Of a stretch of DNA of 64,000 bases, positions 43,265 to 51,038 are shown piece by piece. The stretch spans positions 1,009,189 through 1,073,188 of the forward strand of contig JBJMOW010000004.1 in NCBI GenBank assembly GCA_045803545.1, in the 5' to 3' direction. The position numbers and the translations under genes are program-made. This DNA comes from Gemmatimonadaceae bacterium (GTDB lineage Bacteria; Gemmatimonadota; Gemmatimonadetes; Gemmatimonadales; Gemmatimonadaceae). The notes beneath the pieces were generated by a model, which was not told the origin of the DNA, did not search any database, and saw only the letters and a list, made by a program, of their open reading frames with translations. Position 1 is the stretch's first letter. Every line of letters starts with the position of its first letter.

Positions 43265-44281
43265 ATGAGCCACGAAATCGTCGATATCACCATCATCGGC
43301 GGCGGTCCAACCGGGCTGTTCGCCGCTTTTTATGCCGGGATGCGGGGAGCGACGTCGCAAATCGTCGACGCGCTCCCACAGCTCGGCGGACAGCTGGCCG
43401 CGCTGTACCCGGAGAAGTACATCTTCGACGTCGGCGGATTCTCCAAGATTCTCGCCAAGGATCTGGTCAACACGCTGGTCGAGCAGGCGGCGCAATTCCG
43501 GTTCAAGTCGCACCTCAACCAGAACGTCGTGGCGCTCGAGCAGAATGGGGATCACTTCTTCCTTGTTACTGAGACGGACCGTTTTCCGACCCGCGCCATT
43601 GTCATAGCGGCGGGAATCGGCGCGTTTTCTCCACGCCGGCTTCCGCAGCAGTGCGCGGAGCCCTGGTACGGTCGCGGGATTTTCGATCGCGTGGCCAATC
43701 CGGAGGAATTCCGCGGCCAGCGCATCGTCATCATCGGCGGCGGTGACTCAGCCTTCGATTGGGCGCAGCAGCTGCGAGATCGCGCGCGGGCGGTGACGCT
43801 CGTCCACCGGAGTGACAAGTATCGCGCGCACGGCGCGACAATCGCCGATGTGGTGGCCGCGGCCGGTGAAGGCCGTACGACCTTGCTGCCATTTCACGAG
43901 CTGCACGATGTACTGTCGGAGGATGACCGACTTACCGGGGTGACACTGCGCGATGTGAAAGCGAAGACGACCCGCGATATCGAGGCGGACGCCATTCTGC
44001 CGATGCTGGGATTTCACAGCGACATCGGTGCGCTCGGAGAGTGGGGACTGAACTGCGAGAACGACGAGATCATCGTCAACAGCATGATGGAGACAGGGCG
44101 GGCAGGTATTTACGCCGCTGGAGACATCACCACCTATCCGGGCAAGCTAAAGCTGATCGCAACCGGATTCGGGGAAGCGGCGACGGCGGTCAATCAGGCC
44201 GTGCACTGGATCTACCCGGACAAGAAAGTGAATCCCGGGCACAGCTCCAACATGGCGATTTTCGGCCAGAAGGACGATTAG
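43265..44281 (+). CDS. Thioredoxin-reductase-like ferredoxin-NADP+ reductase
   Basis: IIGGGPTGLFAAFYAGMRG, GGQLAALYPEKYIFDVGGF and VIIGGGDSAFDWA match the YumC-type FNR pattern. Confidence 0.85.
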   Translation: MSHEIVDITIIGGGPTGLFAAFYAGMRGATSQIVDALPQLGGQLAALYPEKYIFDVGGFSKILAKDLVNTLVEQAAQFRFKSHLNQNVVALEQNGDHFFLVTETDRFPTRAIVIAAGIGAFSPRRLPQQCAEPWYGRGIFDRVANPEEFRGQRIVIIGGGDSAFDWAQQLRDRARAVTLVHRSDKYRAHGATIADVVAAAGEGRTTLLPFHELHDVLSEDDRLTGVTLRDVKAKTTRDIEADAILPMLGFHSDIGALGEWGLNCENDEIIVNSMMETGRAGIYAAGDITTYPGKLKLIATGFGEAATAVNQAVHWIYPDKKVNPGHSSNMAIFGQKDD

Positions 44282-44835
44282 TTCGGCTCGTCGAGTCGGG
44301 TGCGGCTCAGGGCTGGTGCCGGAGTGGGCGAACCCGGAATAGCTGTGAGGGCATGTTCGTCGCGACCGGCGCGAATGCAAAGGATCCAGGTCAACATCGC
44401 AGTGCCTAAAGTGACGGCGAGGTCCGCGAGGTTGAACGTCCAGAAGCGGTGCGATTGGATGCCGATATCGATGAAGTCCACGACACCGCGCGGGGACTTG
44501 ATGCGGTCGAGCAGATTCCCGACCGCGCCGCCGCAGATGAGCGCAATCGAGGCGATCTGCAGCCGATCATCCCGCGGAGTTTGCCGGTACATATAAAGAA
44601 GCACGAGCAGCGTTCCGATGGAGAGCAGCACGAACCACCAGCGGGACGATGGTCCGAGCGAGAAGCTCATCGCGCCCTCGGGGTTATAAGCGAGGGTGAA
44701 ACGGAGGATATCGTCAACGATGTTGTGCGGTACGTACGCGGGCGACAGCCGGTTCACCGCGAGCTTTTTGCTGACGAGGTCGACCAGAACCGTCATCAGA
44801 AAAATCGTCCAGAATTTATTGGCTCTTTGCGGCAT
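44278..44835 (-). CDS. lspA: Lipoprotein signal peptidase II
   Basis: 185 aa with 4 TM helices. FNLADLAVTLG and the NPEGAMSF region fit LspA motifs. Confidence 0.9.
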   Translation of the reverse strand: MPQRANKFWTIFLMTVLVDLVSKKLAVNRLSPAYVPHNIVDDILRFTLAYNPEGAMSFSLGPSSRWWFVLLSIGTLLVLLYMYRQTPRDDRLQIASIALICGGAVGNLLDRIKSPRGVVDFIDIGIQSHRFWTFNLADLAVTLGTAMLTWILCIRAGRDEHALTAIPGSPTPAPALSRTRLDEPN

Positions 44836-44944
44836 GAATCTCGTTAGGGTGTTCTGGCCTTACGGTTTTGAGCTTAATCGCGTTTCGCTGGAACAGGGAC
44901 GACCAGCTGAATCCGAAGTATTAGACAGCGCATTATAGATTCTA

Positions 44945-45000
44945 GCGGGAAGCGGGAAGCGGGAAGCGGGATGGAGATTGAGGATTAGAGGATTGGGGAT
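44945..45000. repeat. GGGAAGC x3.5 array (canonical G3N4 quadruplex motif) followed by GAGGATT-type heptamers
   Basis: GCGGGAAGCGGGAAGCGGGAAGCGGG (44945-44970) is followed by atGGAGATTGAGGATTAGAGGATTGGGGAT. Confidence 0.85.
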
Positions 45001-45020
45001 GACGCGAGAGGACTGGCGAT

Positions 45021-46454
45021 CTGACTAAGAAACCAACGCATTACCACCTGATCGGGATCGCTGGTACGGCGATGGCGTCGCTGGCGGGGCTGCTGAAAGC
45101 CGCCGGACATAAAGTCACCGGGTCCGACGAGAACGTTTACCCGCCCATGTCAACCAACCTGGAGCGCATGGGGATCACCTACGCTCAGGGTTACAAGCCG
45201 GAGAACCTTTCACCGGCGCCTGACATCGTCGTGGTCGGCAATGTCATCTCGCGCGGGAATCCGGAGCTGGAAGAGGTGCTGATCCGGAAGCTGCGTTACA
45301 CGTCAGCGGCTGCCACGATCAAAGAAGAATTCATATGGGGTCATCACTGCCTGGCGGTGGCGGGGACGCATGGCAAAACGACCACGACTTCGTTGCTGGC
45401 GTGGCTGCTGGAGTCGGCCGGACTCAACCCGAGCTTTCTGATTGGCGGTGTAGCTGAGAACTTCGGCACATCCTATCGACTCACGGGCTCGCGTTACTTC
45501 GTTATTGAAGCCGACGAGTACGACACGGCGTACTTCGACAAGGGTCCGAAGATGTGGCACTACCTGCCGGACACCGCGATCGTCAACAACATCGAATACG
45601 ATCACGCCGACATCTATCGCGACGAGGAGGCGTACAAGTTCGCCTTCGCGCGCTTCATCAATCTCGTTCCGAAGAACGGCGTGGTGATCGCTGGCTGGGA
45701 CTCGCCAATCGTGCGAGAGCTTGCTCCCAAATCGCCGGCGCCTGTGCAGTCTTTTGCGTATGGGGATGACACAGTGACGTCGCAGGATGCGCAAGCACAT
45801 TGGCACGCGCGCGATGTCGAGTTCGACGAGAGCGGCACCCGGTTCCGCGCTTTCAAGTCGACGGAAGAGTGGGGAAGAGTCGAGACACCTCTCGCGGGCG
45901 CGTTCAACGTGCGCAACGCGCTGGCAGTCATAGCGGCCGCGGAATCAGTGAAAGCCGATCGCGATGGTGTGCGTCAGGGATTCAAGACCTTCGCGAGTGT
46001 GAAGCGACGGATGGAAGTCCGTGGTGAAGTTCGCGGCGTGACAGTGATCGACGATTTCGCGCATCATCCGACAGCGATCCGGGAGACGATCGACGCGGTG
46101 CGACAGAAGTACAAAGGGCGGCGAATCGTTGCCATCTACGAGCCGAGGAGCTACACCGCGCAGCGGCGGGAATTTCAGGACGACTATGCGCGCGCCTTCG
46201 CTGGTGCGGAGGAGATTATTTTCGCGTCGTTGTATCGGCCGGATCGGTACACGAAAGAGACTGCGCTGGATCTCGGAAAGCTCGTTCGGGATCTGAGCAC
46301 TAACGGCAAAACCGCAAAAGAGCTCAAGGATGCTGACACGATCGTGCGTGATCTTGCTCCGCGCGCACGTGAGCGTGATGTGGTGTTGATCATGTCGAAT
46401 GGCGGATTTGGCGGGATCCACCAGAAACTTCTCGACGCGCTCGGAGCTCGCTGA
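45021..46454 (+). CDS. mpl: UDP-N-acetylmuramate:L-Ala-gamma-D-Glu-meso-DAP ligase (murein peptide ligase), probable CTG start
   Basis: HYHLIGIAGTAMASLA...GSDENVYPPMS, GTHGKTTTTS and EADEYDTAYFDK parallel E. coli Mpl as I recall it. The first ATG (45072) lies inside the N-terminal Rossmann GxxGxxM motif. Upstream, the frame has only CTG 45021, preceded by GAGAGGA. Confidence 0.85.
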   Translation: MTKKPTHYHLIGIAGTAMASLAGLLKAAGHKVTGSDENVYPPMSTNLERMGITYAQGYKPENLSPAPDIVVVGNVISRGNPELEEVLIRKLRYTSAAATIKEEFIWGHHCLAVAGTHGKTTTTSLLAWLLESAGLNPSFLIGGVAENFGTSYRLTGSRYFVIEADEYDTAYFDKGPKMWHYLPDTAIVNNIEYDHADIYRDEEAYKFAFARFINLVPKNGVVIAGWDSPIVRELAPKSPAPVQSFAYGDDTVTSQDAQAHWHARDVEFDESGTRFRAFKSTEEWGRVETPLAGAFNVRNALAVIAAAESVKADRDGVRQGFKTFASVKRRMEVRGEVRGVTVIDDFAHHPTAIRETIDAVRQKYKGRRIVAIYEPRSYTAQRREFQDDYARAFAGAEEIIFASLYRPDRYTKETALDLGKLVRDLSTNGKTAKELKDADTIVRDLAPRARERDVVLIMSNGGFGGIHQKLLDALGAR

Positions 46455-46457
46455 CGG

Positions 46458-47048
46458 CTACTCTGGGCTGATCTTTCGGCGCGGCACAATCGGGGTAAGG
46501 CGGGCTGATCCCGTTTTTGCGACGATTCCGAGTTTAAGAATGGTGTTCCAGTTCCGGCCGGTTCCCCGTCCCAGTCTCTTCTCGAGAACCGAGTGGGTGA
46601 GCTTCGATCGGCCCTGGCCGTCCGGGAAATAAATGTAGGCGTGCTTGCCCTTGGCGCGTACGACTTCGCGGCCGCGGATGTCGCCTTGCAGCGCGACGAT
46701 GTCGGCCACGTCCGGCTCGCTCTTCAGGAACATCACTACGAGATGCCCCGAATCCTTCTCGGCTTCTTTGCGGAAAGGATTCTGGCGGATGATGGCCTTC
46801 CACTCATCCGGCGTCCGCACGATGAAATCGGCTTCGAGCGACAACCGATCGAGGGCTTCGCTCTCGAGAAAACGCTCGAGCTCGGAGCCAGTTCTAACCT
46901 TGCTCTCGAAGACGAGGTTACCGCTCTGAAGCAGCGACCGGACGTTCTCCATGCCGAGCGCCGCCAGGAAATTTCGAAGATCGGTCATCCCGACCTGACG
47001 ATGGCCGCCGACGTTGATGCCGCGGACGAGAGCGATATGGGTTGTCAG
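46458..47048 (-). CDS. DUF1697 family protein, probable CTG start
   Basis: The family signature IALVRGINVGGHRQV is encoded upstream of the first ATG (46988). CTG 47048 lies 2 codons after an in-frame TAG and gives (M)TTHIALVRGINVGG, a typical DUF1697 N-terminus. Confidence 0.8.
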   Translation of the reverse strand: MTTHIALVRGINVGGHRQVGMTDLRNFLAALGMENVRSLLQSGNLVFESKVRTGSELERFLESEALDRLSLEADFIVRTPDEWKAIIRQNPFRKEAEKDSGHLVVMFLKSEPDVADIVALQGDIRGREVVRAKGKHAYIYFPDGQGRSKLTHSVLEKRLGRGTGRNWNTILKLGIVAKTGSARLTPIVPRRKISPE

Positions 47049-47098
47049 AACTGGCTACTGGTTTAAGAAGACAGGGGTCTGCTACTGAAAAATATCAG

Positions 47099-47297
47099 CC
47101 GGCGGGAGGCGGGAAGCGGGAAGCGGGAAGCGGGAAGCGAGAAGGAGGGCGCGAGAGGCGGGAGGCGAGAGGCGGGAGGAGGATGCATTCGCCTCGCCCT
47201 GTCTTCACCGCGCTTCGCTTCCCGCTTCCCGTTTCCCGCCCGCTTCCCGCTTCCCGCCTCCCGCTTCCCGCTTCCCGCTTCCCGCTTCCCGCTTCCC
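47099..47297. repeat. Large inverted pair of heptamer arrays (about 12 units per arm) around a 28-nt spacer
   Basis: The left arm (47099-47183) is GGCGGGAGGC(GGGAAGC)x4...GAGAGGCGGGAGGCGAGAGGCGGGAGG. The right arm (47211-47297) is its C-rich complement, (CTTCCCG)n. The right arm supplies the last roughly 30 codons (GKREAGS repeats) of ORF 47205..48524. Confidence 0.9.
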
Positions 47298-48524
47298 ACT
47301 CCTATATGGGCGCTCCCACTCGCGCAGATGATCCAGCAGGTAGTCGAGCGAGAAGACGTGCCGTGAGTTGTCGGCCTTGCGGCGGAAGATCACGCGTGAC
47401 CAGCCGCGCATCCCCGTCGGGGTGTACCACTCGCCGTTCATGTGCAGCTTGTCGCCATTGATGGCGCGTATCAGTACGCGTTCGTACTGCGACCGCGGAA
47501 GCACGCGTTCGGGGAAAAGGTTGTCCCACGTGCAGAGGCGTCCGACGTCCTCGTACCCCGCCGGCCGATCGTCGAGATCCAGCAGTGATGGAGCGCGCCC
47601 TTTCATCACCGAGCCAATCAGCCTCAGGGTAAACGGGTCGGAGAAGCGGCGGATGTACGGCCAGAAGTGTTTCGTGATCCGACCGGCCATCTCGCGCAAC
47701 GTCATGAAACGGCCGTCGGTCGTTGGCCATTTGTCGGTGTCAATGTCGCTGATGAACGGGTTTTCGGGATAGCAATCGAAACGGGCCAGCCATCCTTTGC
47801 GCGTCGTGTGCGGCATTGGACGGAATCCACGAATCACCGGAATGTCGGTGTCGTCAAGCGCGCTGATTTCGTAACTTGGCCACCGCATCACTTCCCGCAC
47901 AATCCCGACGATCAGGGTCGCTGTTGCAATCATGAGCGGTGCGTCGGGAGTGAAGTCGGCAGTGACCTCGATGCGATCGCCGCGCGGCCGCACCCCGATT
48001 CCCGTCGAACGCCGGTTCGCCGCGAGCAGCATCACCGGAATCGGCAGGATGTGCGCGAGCAGATAAGCCAACTGCTCGACGGTGCGCGTCGTCCCCTGCT
48101 CGTACTTCGGCAGCTCGAACGAGATGTTGTAGTGGGTGCTGAAGCCGGCGAGCTGGACGTCGGTGTCGTGTGCCTGCTCCCAGGCATCGAGCTCCTGACG
48201 CACGAACAGAATCGCTTCCCATAGCGAGCGCCCGGCACGCGCGGCGCAGCCACGCTCGATCTCGATCACTGGCGTCGCCACTTCGATCACGCCCGTATCG
48301 AAATACACGGCACCGCCAGTTGGCAGGTGATACGACCGTCCTTTGCGGTGCATCATCTTCTCGCGGATGATCCTGCGCGGGCTGCCGAAGAGATCCTCAG
48401 GCTTCACCTGCACGCCGTCCTGGATCACCGCGAATTCGGCTTCCATGCCGATTGCGGCGAGCTGGATACGCTCGTGCGTGGATGATTTGTTCTCGGGACC
48501 TTTCTTTTTCTTCAGCTCGGTCAT
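47205..48524 (-). CDS. Distant PafA/Dop / glutamine-synthetase-fold carboxylate-amine ligase-like protein
   Basis: 439 aa. GMEAEFAV parallels the GIETEFG strand of PafA. GGAVYFDTGVIEVATPV parallels GARLYLDVGSHPEYATAE. GFSTHYNISF parallels YGCHENYLI. The order and spacing of the three motifs are as in PafA (about 450 aa), compared from memory. The C-terminal tail is encoded by the heptamer repeat. Confidence 0.5.
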   Translation of the reverse strand: MTELKKKKGPENKSSTHERIQLAAIGMEAEFAVIQDGVQVKPEDLFGSPRRIIREKMMHRKGRSYHLPTGGAVYFDTGVIEVATPVIEIERGCAARAGRSLWEAILFVRQELDAWEQAHDTDVQLAGFSTHYNISFELPKYEQGTTRTVEQLAYLLAHILPIPVMLLAANRRSTGIGVRPRGDRIEVTADFTPDAPLMIATATLIVGIVREVMRWPSYEISALDDTDIPVIRGFRPMPHTTRKGWLARFDCYPENPFISDIDTDKWPTTDGRFMTLREMAGRITKHFWPYIRRFSDPFTLRLIGSVMKGRAPSLLDLDDRPAGYEDVGRLCTWDNLFPERVLPRSQYERVLIRAINGDKLHMNGEWYTPTGMRGWSRVIFRRKADNSRHVFSLDYLLDHLREWERPYRSGKREAGSGKREAGGGKREAGGKREAGSEAR

Positions 48525-48581
48525 TCTGCCTTCTTACCCAAAGTGCTTCACTCTTTCTGACTCTTTTTCGGGACGATTCCG

Positions 48582-49208
48582 TCAACTTTTAACGTCCCTC
48601 GGCACTGAGATGACGTATCCCAGGTCGAGGTGTAGATGATCCTCCGCGTAGCCCGTAGGTGTTCCGTAGGGACGCGTCCAAACTCCAGGTAGCGTCTCCC
48701 GCGCGATCAGGCTGAAGCGCTCGATCGCACTTCGGTTGTCCAGGTAAGCGTCGCCAATGCGATAGATATTGGCGGCGGTTCCCCAGGCGTGCGGAGTCGC
48801 ATTCTTGGAGAACCGATGGGAAGGCGACCGATAGCCGCCATTCGCTGAAATGTGAACCAGCGTCCCAACAGCCTCCCGGAACCTCTCCAGACACACTGCA
48901 AGGAGGGTTATTGCGCACGGAACGTACCGGGGGAATGTGCGTAAAGGCGCGGCTTCCCGGACGTCGACCTGTATGAACTCCCAAAGCAGGAAGTGCGTGG
49001 AGAGCTCTACCTTCATCGCCGAGTCCCACGAGGGCACCTCGTAAAAATACCGGGGCAGCTGCCGGGAAAACCCGGTTCCGTCCTTCCATTCCTCCCCCGG
49101 TCTCAAGGCTTTACGGTACTCAGGCGGCAGGGTCAGGCCGTCAACGACCCGAAGGGGGAAGTTGGGGGACTCATGTCTGGCCTCAGCGAAGCTCGACGGA
49201 GCGCTCAT
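48582..49208 (-). CDS. Peptidase M15 (VanY / Peptidase_M15_3-like) fold protein with a variant metal motif, no signal peptide
   Basis: Shows NGGYRSPSHR, then HAWGTAAN (H-x6-N where the family has H-x6-D), then the distal DHLHLD. 208 aa. Confidence 0.7.
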   Translation of the reverse strand: MSAPSSFAEARHESPNFPLRVVDGLTLPPEYRKALRPGEEWKDGTGFSRQLPRYFYEVPSWDSAMKVELSTHFLLWEFIQVDVREAAPLRTFPRYVPCAITLLAVCLERFREAVGTLVHISANGGYRSPSHRFSKNATPHAWGTAANIYRIGDAYLDNRSAIERFSLIARETLPGVWTRPYGTPTGYAEDHLHLDLGYVISVPRDVKS

Positions 49209-50107
49209 TCGTCGGGTGGGCCTTTGGTGAGGGCTTCATAGATAGCGTGTGAGATGGTGGCGATGGTCCGCGACCGACCCGATGTGTTCGGATCCCATTC
49301 CGTAAGAATCACCAGCGCGTAAGGTTTGCGCTTGGGCAGGTAGATCACTCCGGCGTCGTGGGCGACGGTGGAAATCTCGCCGGTCTTGTGCGCAACCCGG
49401 GTGCCTTTGGGCAGGCGTGCCGGGATCCCCTGATTGAATTCCTGCCCGTGCATGATGTCCATCATCCGCCGAGACAAAGCCGGTGAGAAGGCTTTTCCCG
49501 CCGCCAGCATGACGAGAATTCTGAGCAGCCCATTGGCGGTGACGCGGTTATTGATCCCTTTCTCGAACGCGAGCTCGTCCTCGACACCGCGTTTGAGGTC
49601 GATGCCTTGCTCGAGATGCAGCTCGTGCAGGGTCTCGTTGACCGACTGTGGTCCGATGACGCCGAGCACCAGGTTGGTGGCGAGATTGCTCGACGTCGTG
49701 ATCATGTGGTAAGCGAGCTCGTCGACGCGCATCATCTTGCCGATGGCGTTGTGGACGGCTGAATTCGCGTCGCGGCCGGACTCGACGCGGAAAGGAATAT
49801 CTTCGACGACGCTGAGGAACCGGTTGCGGACGTGGACGCGTGAGTGTGGCAACAAATCGCCCCGGTCAATGGCGGCGAAGACGCCGAGCAGGATCGGTAC
49901 CTTGATGGTGCTGGCCGCGTGGAACCAGCGATCGTCGTGGTAATGCAGCTCGAAGCCAGTCTCGAAATCGTGCAGCGCGACGGCGATCGCCTTGGCGCCC
50001 GACTCCCTGGCGATCTTTTCGATCTGGTTCTCGAGGGCGGACTCACTGGGCGCGGCGGCGCTCACACCGGCTGAATGTGCCGGAGATGTTGTTTCCTTGC
50101 TGGTCAT
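49205..50107 (-). CDS. Class-A beta-lactamase-related serine hydrolase, no signal peptide
   Basis: SxxK = STIK, SxN = SSN, KTG = HKTGE. 300 aa. ATGA overlap with the M15 gene. Confidence 0.8.
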   Translation of the reverse strand: MTSKETTSPAHSAGVSAAAPSESALENQIEKIARESGAKAIAVALHDFETGFELHYHDDRWFHAASTIKVPILLGVFAAIDRGDLLPHSRVHVRNRFLSVVEDIPFRVESGRDANSAVHNAIGKMMRVDELAYHMITTSSNLATNLVLGVIGPQSVNETLHELHLEQGIDLKRGVEDELAFEKGINNRVTANGLLRILVMLAAGKAFSPALSRRMMDIMHGQEFNQGIPARLPKGTRVAHKTGEISTVAHDAGVIYLPKRKPYALVILTEWDPNTSGRSRTIATISHAIYEALTKGPPDE

Positions 50108-50114
50108 CTACCGC

Positions 50115-51035
50115 TTATGAATACGCTACGCGCGGGTCGGCTTTGGCGTAGGCGAGATCGGTGAGGAGGTTCACCATCACAAACACAACGCTGAGAAAAA
50201 GCACCGAGCCCTGAATGGCGGGCAAGTCCCGTCGCGTGATGGCATTGACGACGTAGCGGCCAAGTCCGGGCCAGCTGAAGATCGTTTCGGTGAGAATGCT
50301 TCCCGTCAGGTAGTATCCGAAATCGAGACCGAGGACGGTGATGATCGGAATGAGTGCGTTGCGGAGTGCGTGGCGCACTATGACGGCGCGTTCCTTCAAT
50401 CCTTTCGCGCGCGCGGTTCGCACAAAGTCTCCGCCGAGTACATCCAGCATCGCCGATCGGGTGACTCGCGCGAGGAACGCGATCGAGCGCGAGCCAAGCG
50501 CGAACGCAGGGAGAATCAGATACTTGATTCCGCCGTAGCCGGATGGCGGCAGCCAGCGCAGCATCACCGCGAAGATCAGAATCAGAATCAGCCCGACCCA
50601 ATACACAGGGAAAGAGATTCCGAGATAGGCGATGCCGAGACCCAGTCGGTCGAACCAGCCACCTGGAGCCCGGGCACTGAGAACGCCGAGTGTAATACCG
50701 AGAATAGAAGCGAGCAGCATCGCCGATCCGGCGAGAAGCAGCGTTTTCGGGAATCGCTCGAGAATGTCGCGAATGATCGGGCGTTGTGTGATGTACGAGT
50801 TGCCCAGATTACCGCGCACCACGCCGCCCGCGTACAGTGCGAACTGCTTGAGCCGGGGCTCGTCGAGGTGCAGATCTTTTCTCAAACGCGCGATCGTCGC
50901 CGAATCGGCGCGCTCGCCCACCATCTCGGTTACCGGATCACCCGGTGCGACATTGAGCAAAAGAAATGTCACTACCAGCACCCCGAACAGGGTCGGGATG
51001 GCGAGTAGAAGTCGGCGGACGATGAATGCGAGCAC
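50115..51035 (-). CDS. Peptide/nickel ABC transporter permease (DppB/OppB type)
   Basis: 306 aa with 6 TM helices. The EAA-loop region is RTARAKGLKERAVIVRHALRNALIPIIT. Confidence 0.9.
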   Translation of the reverse strand: MLAFIVRRLLLAIPTLFGVLVVTFLLLNVAPGDPVTEMVGERADSATIARLRKDLHLDEPRLKQFALYAGGVVRGNLGNSYITQRPIIRDILERFPKTLLLAGSAMLLASILGITLGVLSARAPGGWFDRLGLGIAYLGISFPVYWVGLILILIFAVMLRWLPPSGYGGIKYLILPAFALGSRSIAFLARVTRSAMLDVLGGDFVRTARAKGLKERAVIVRHALRNALIPIITVLGLDFGYYLTGSILTETIFSWPGLGRYVVNAITRRDLPAIQGSVLFLSVVFVMVNLLTDLAYAKADPRVAYS

Positions 51036-51038
51036 GCC

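Noticed and set aside
47042-47461. ORFs on both strands across the heptamer arrays (47042..47461 +, 47063..47299 -)
   Set aside because: Their translations are periodic repeat products (GKREAGS / RFPLPAS) generated by the 7-bp arrays, with no start context. I treat them as translation artefacts of the repeat.
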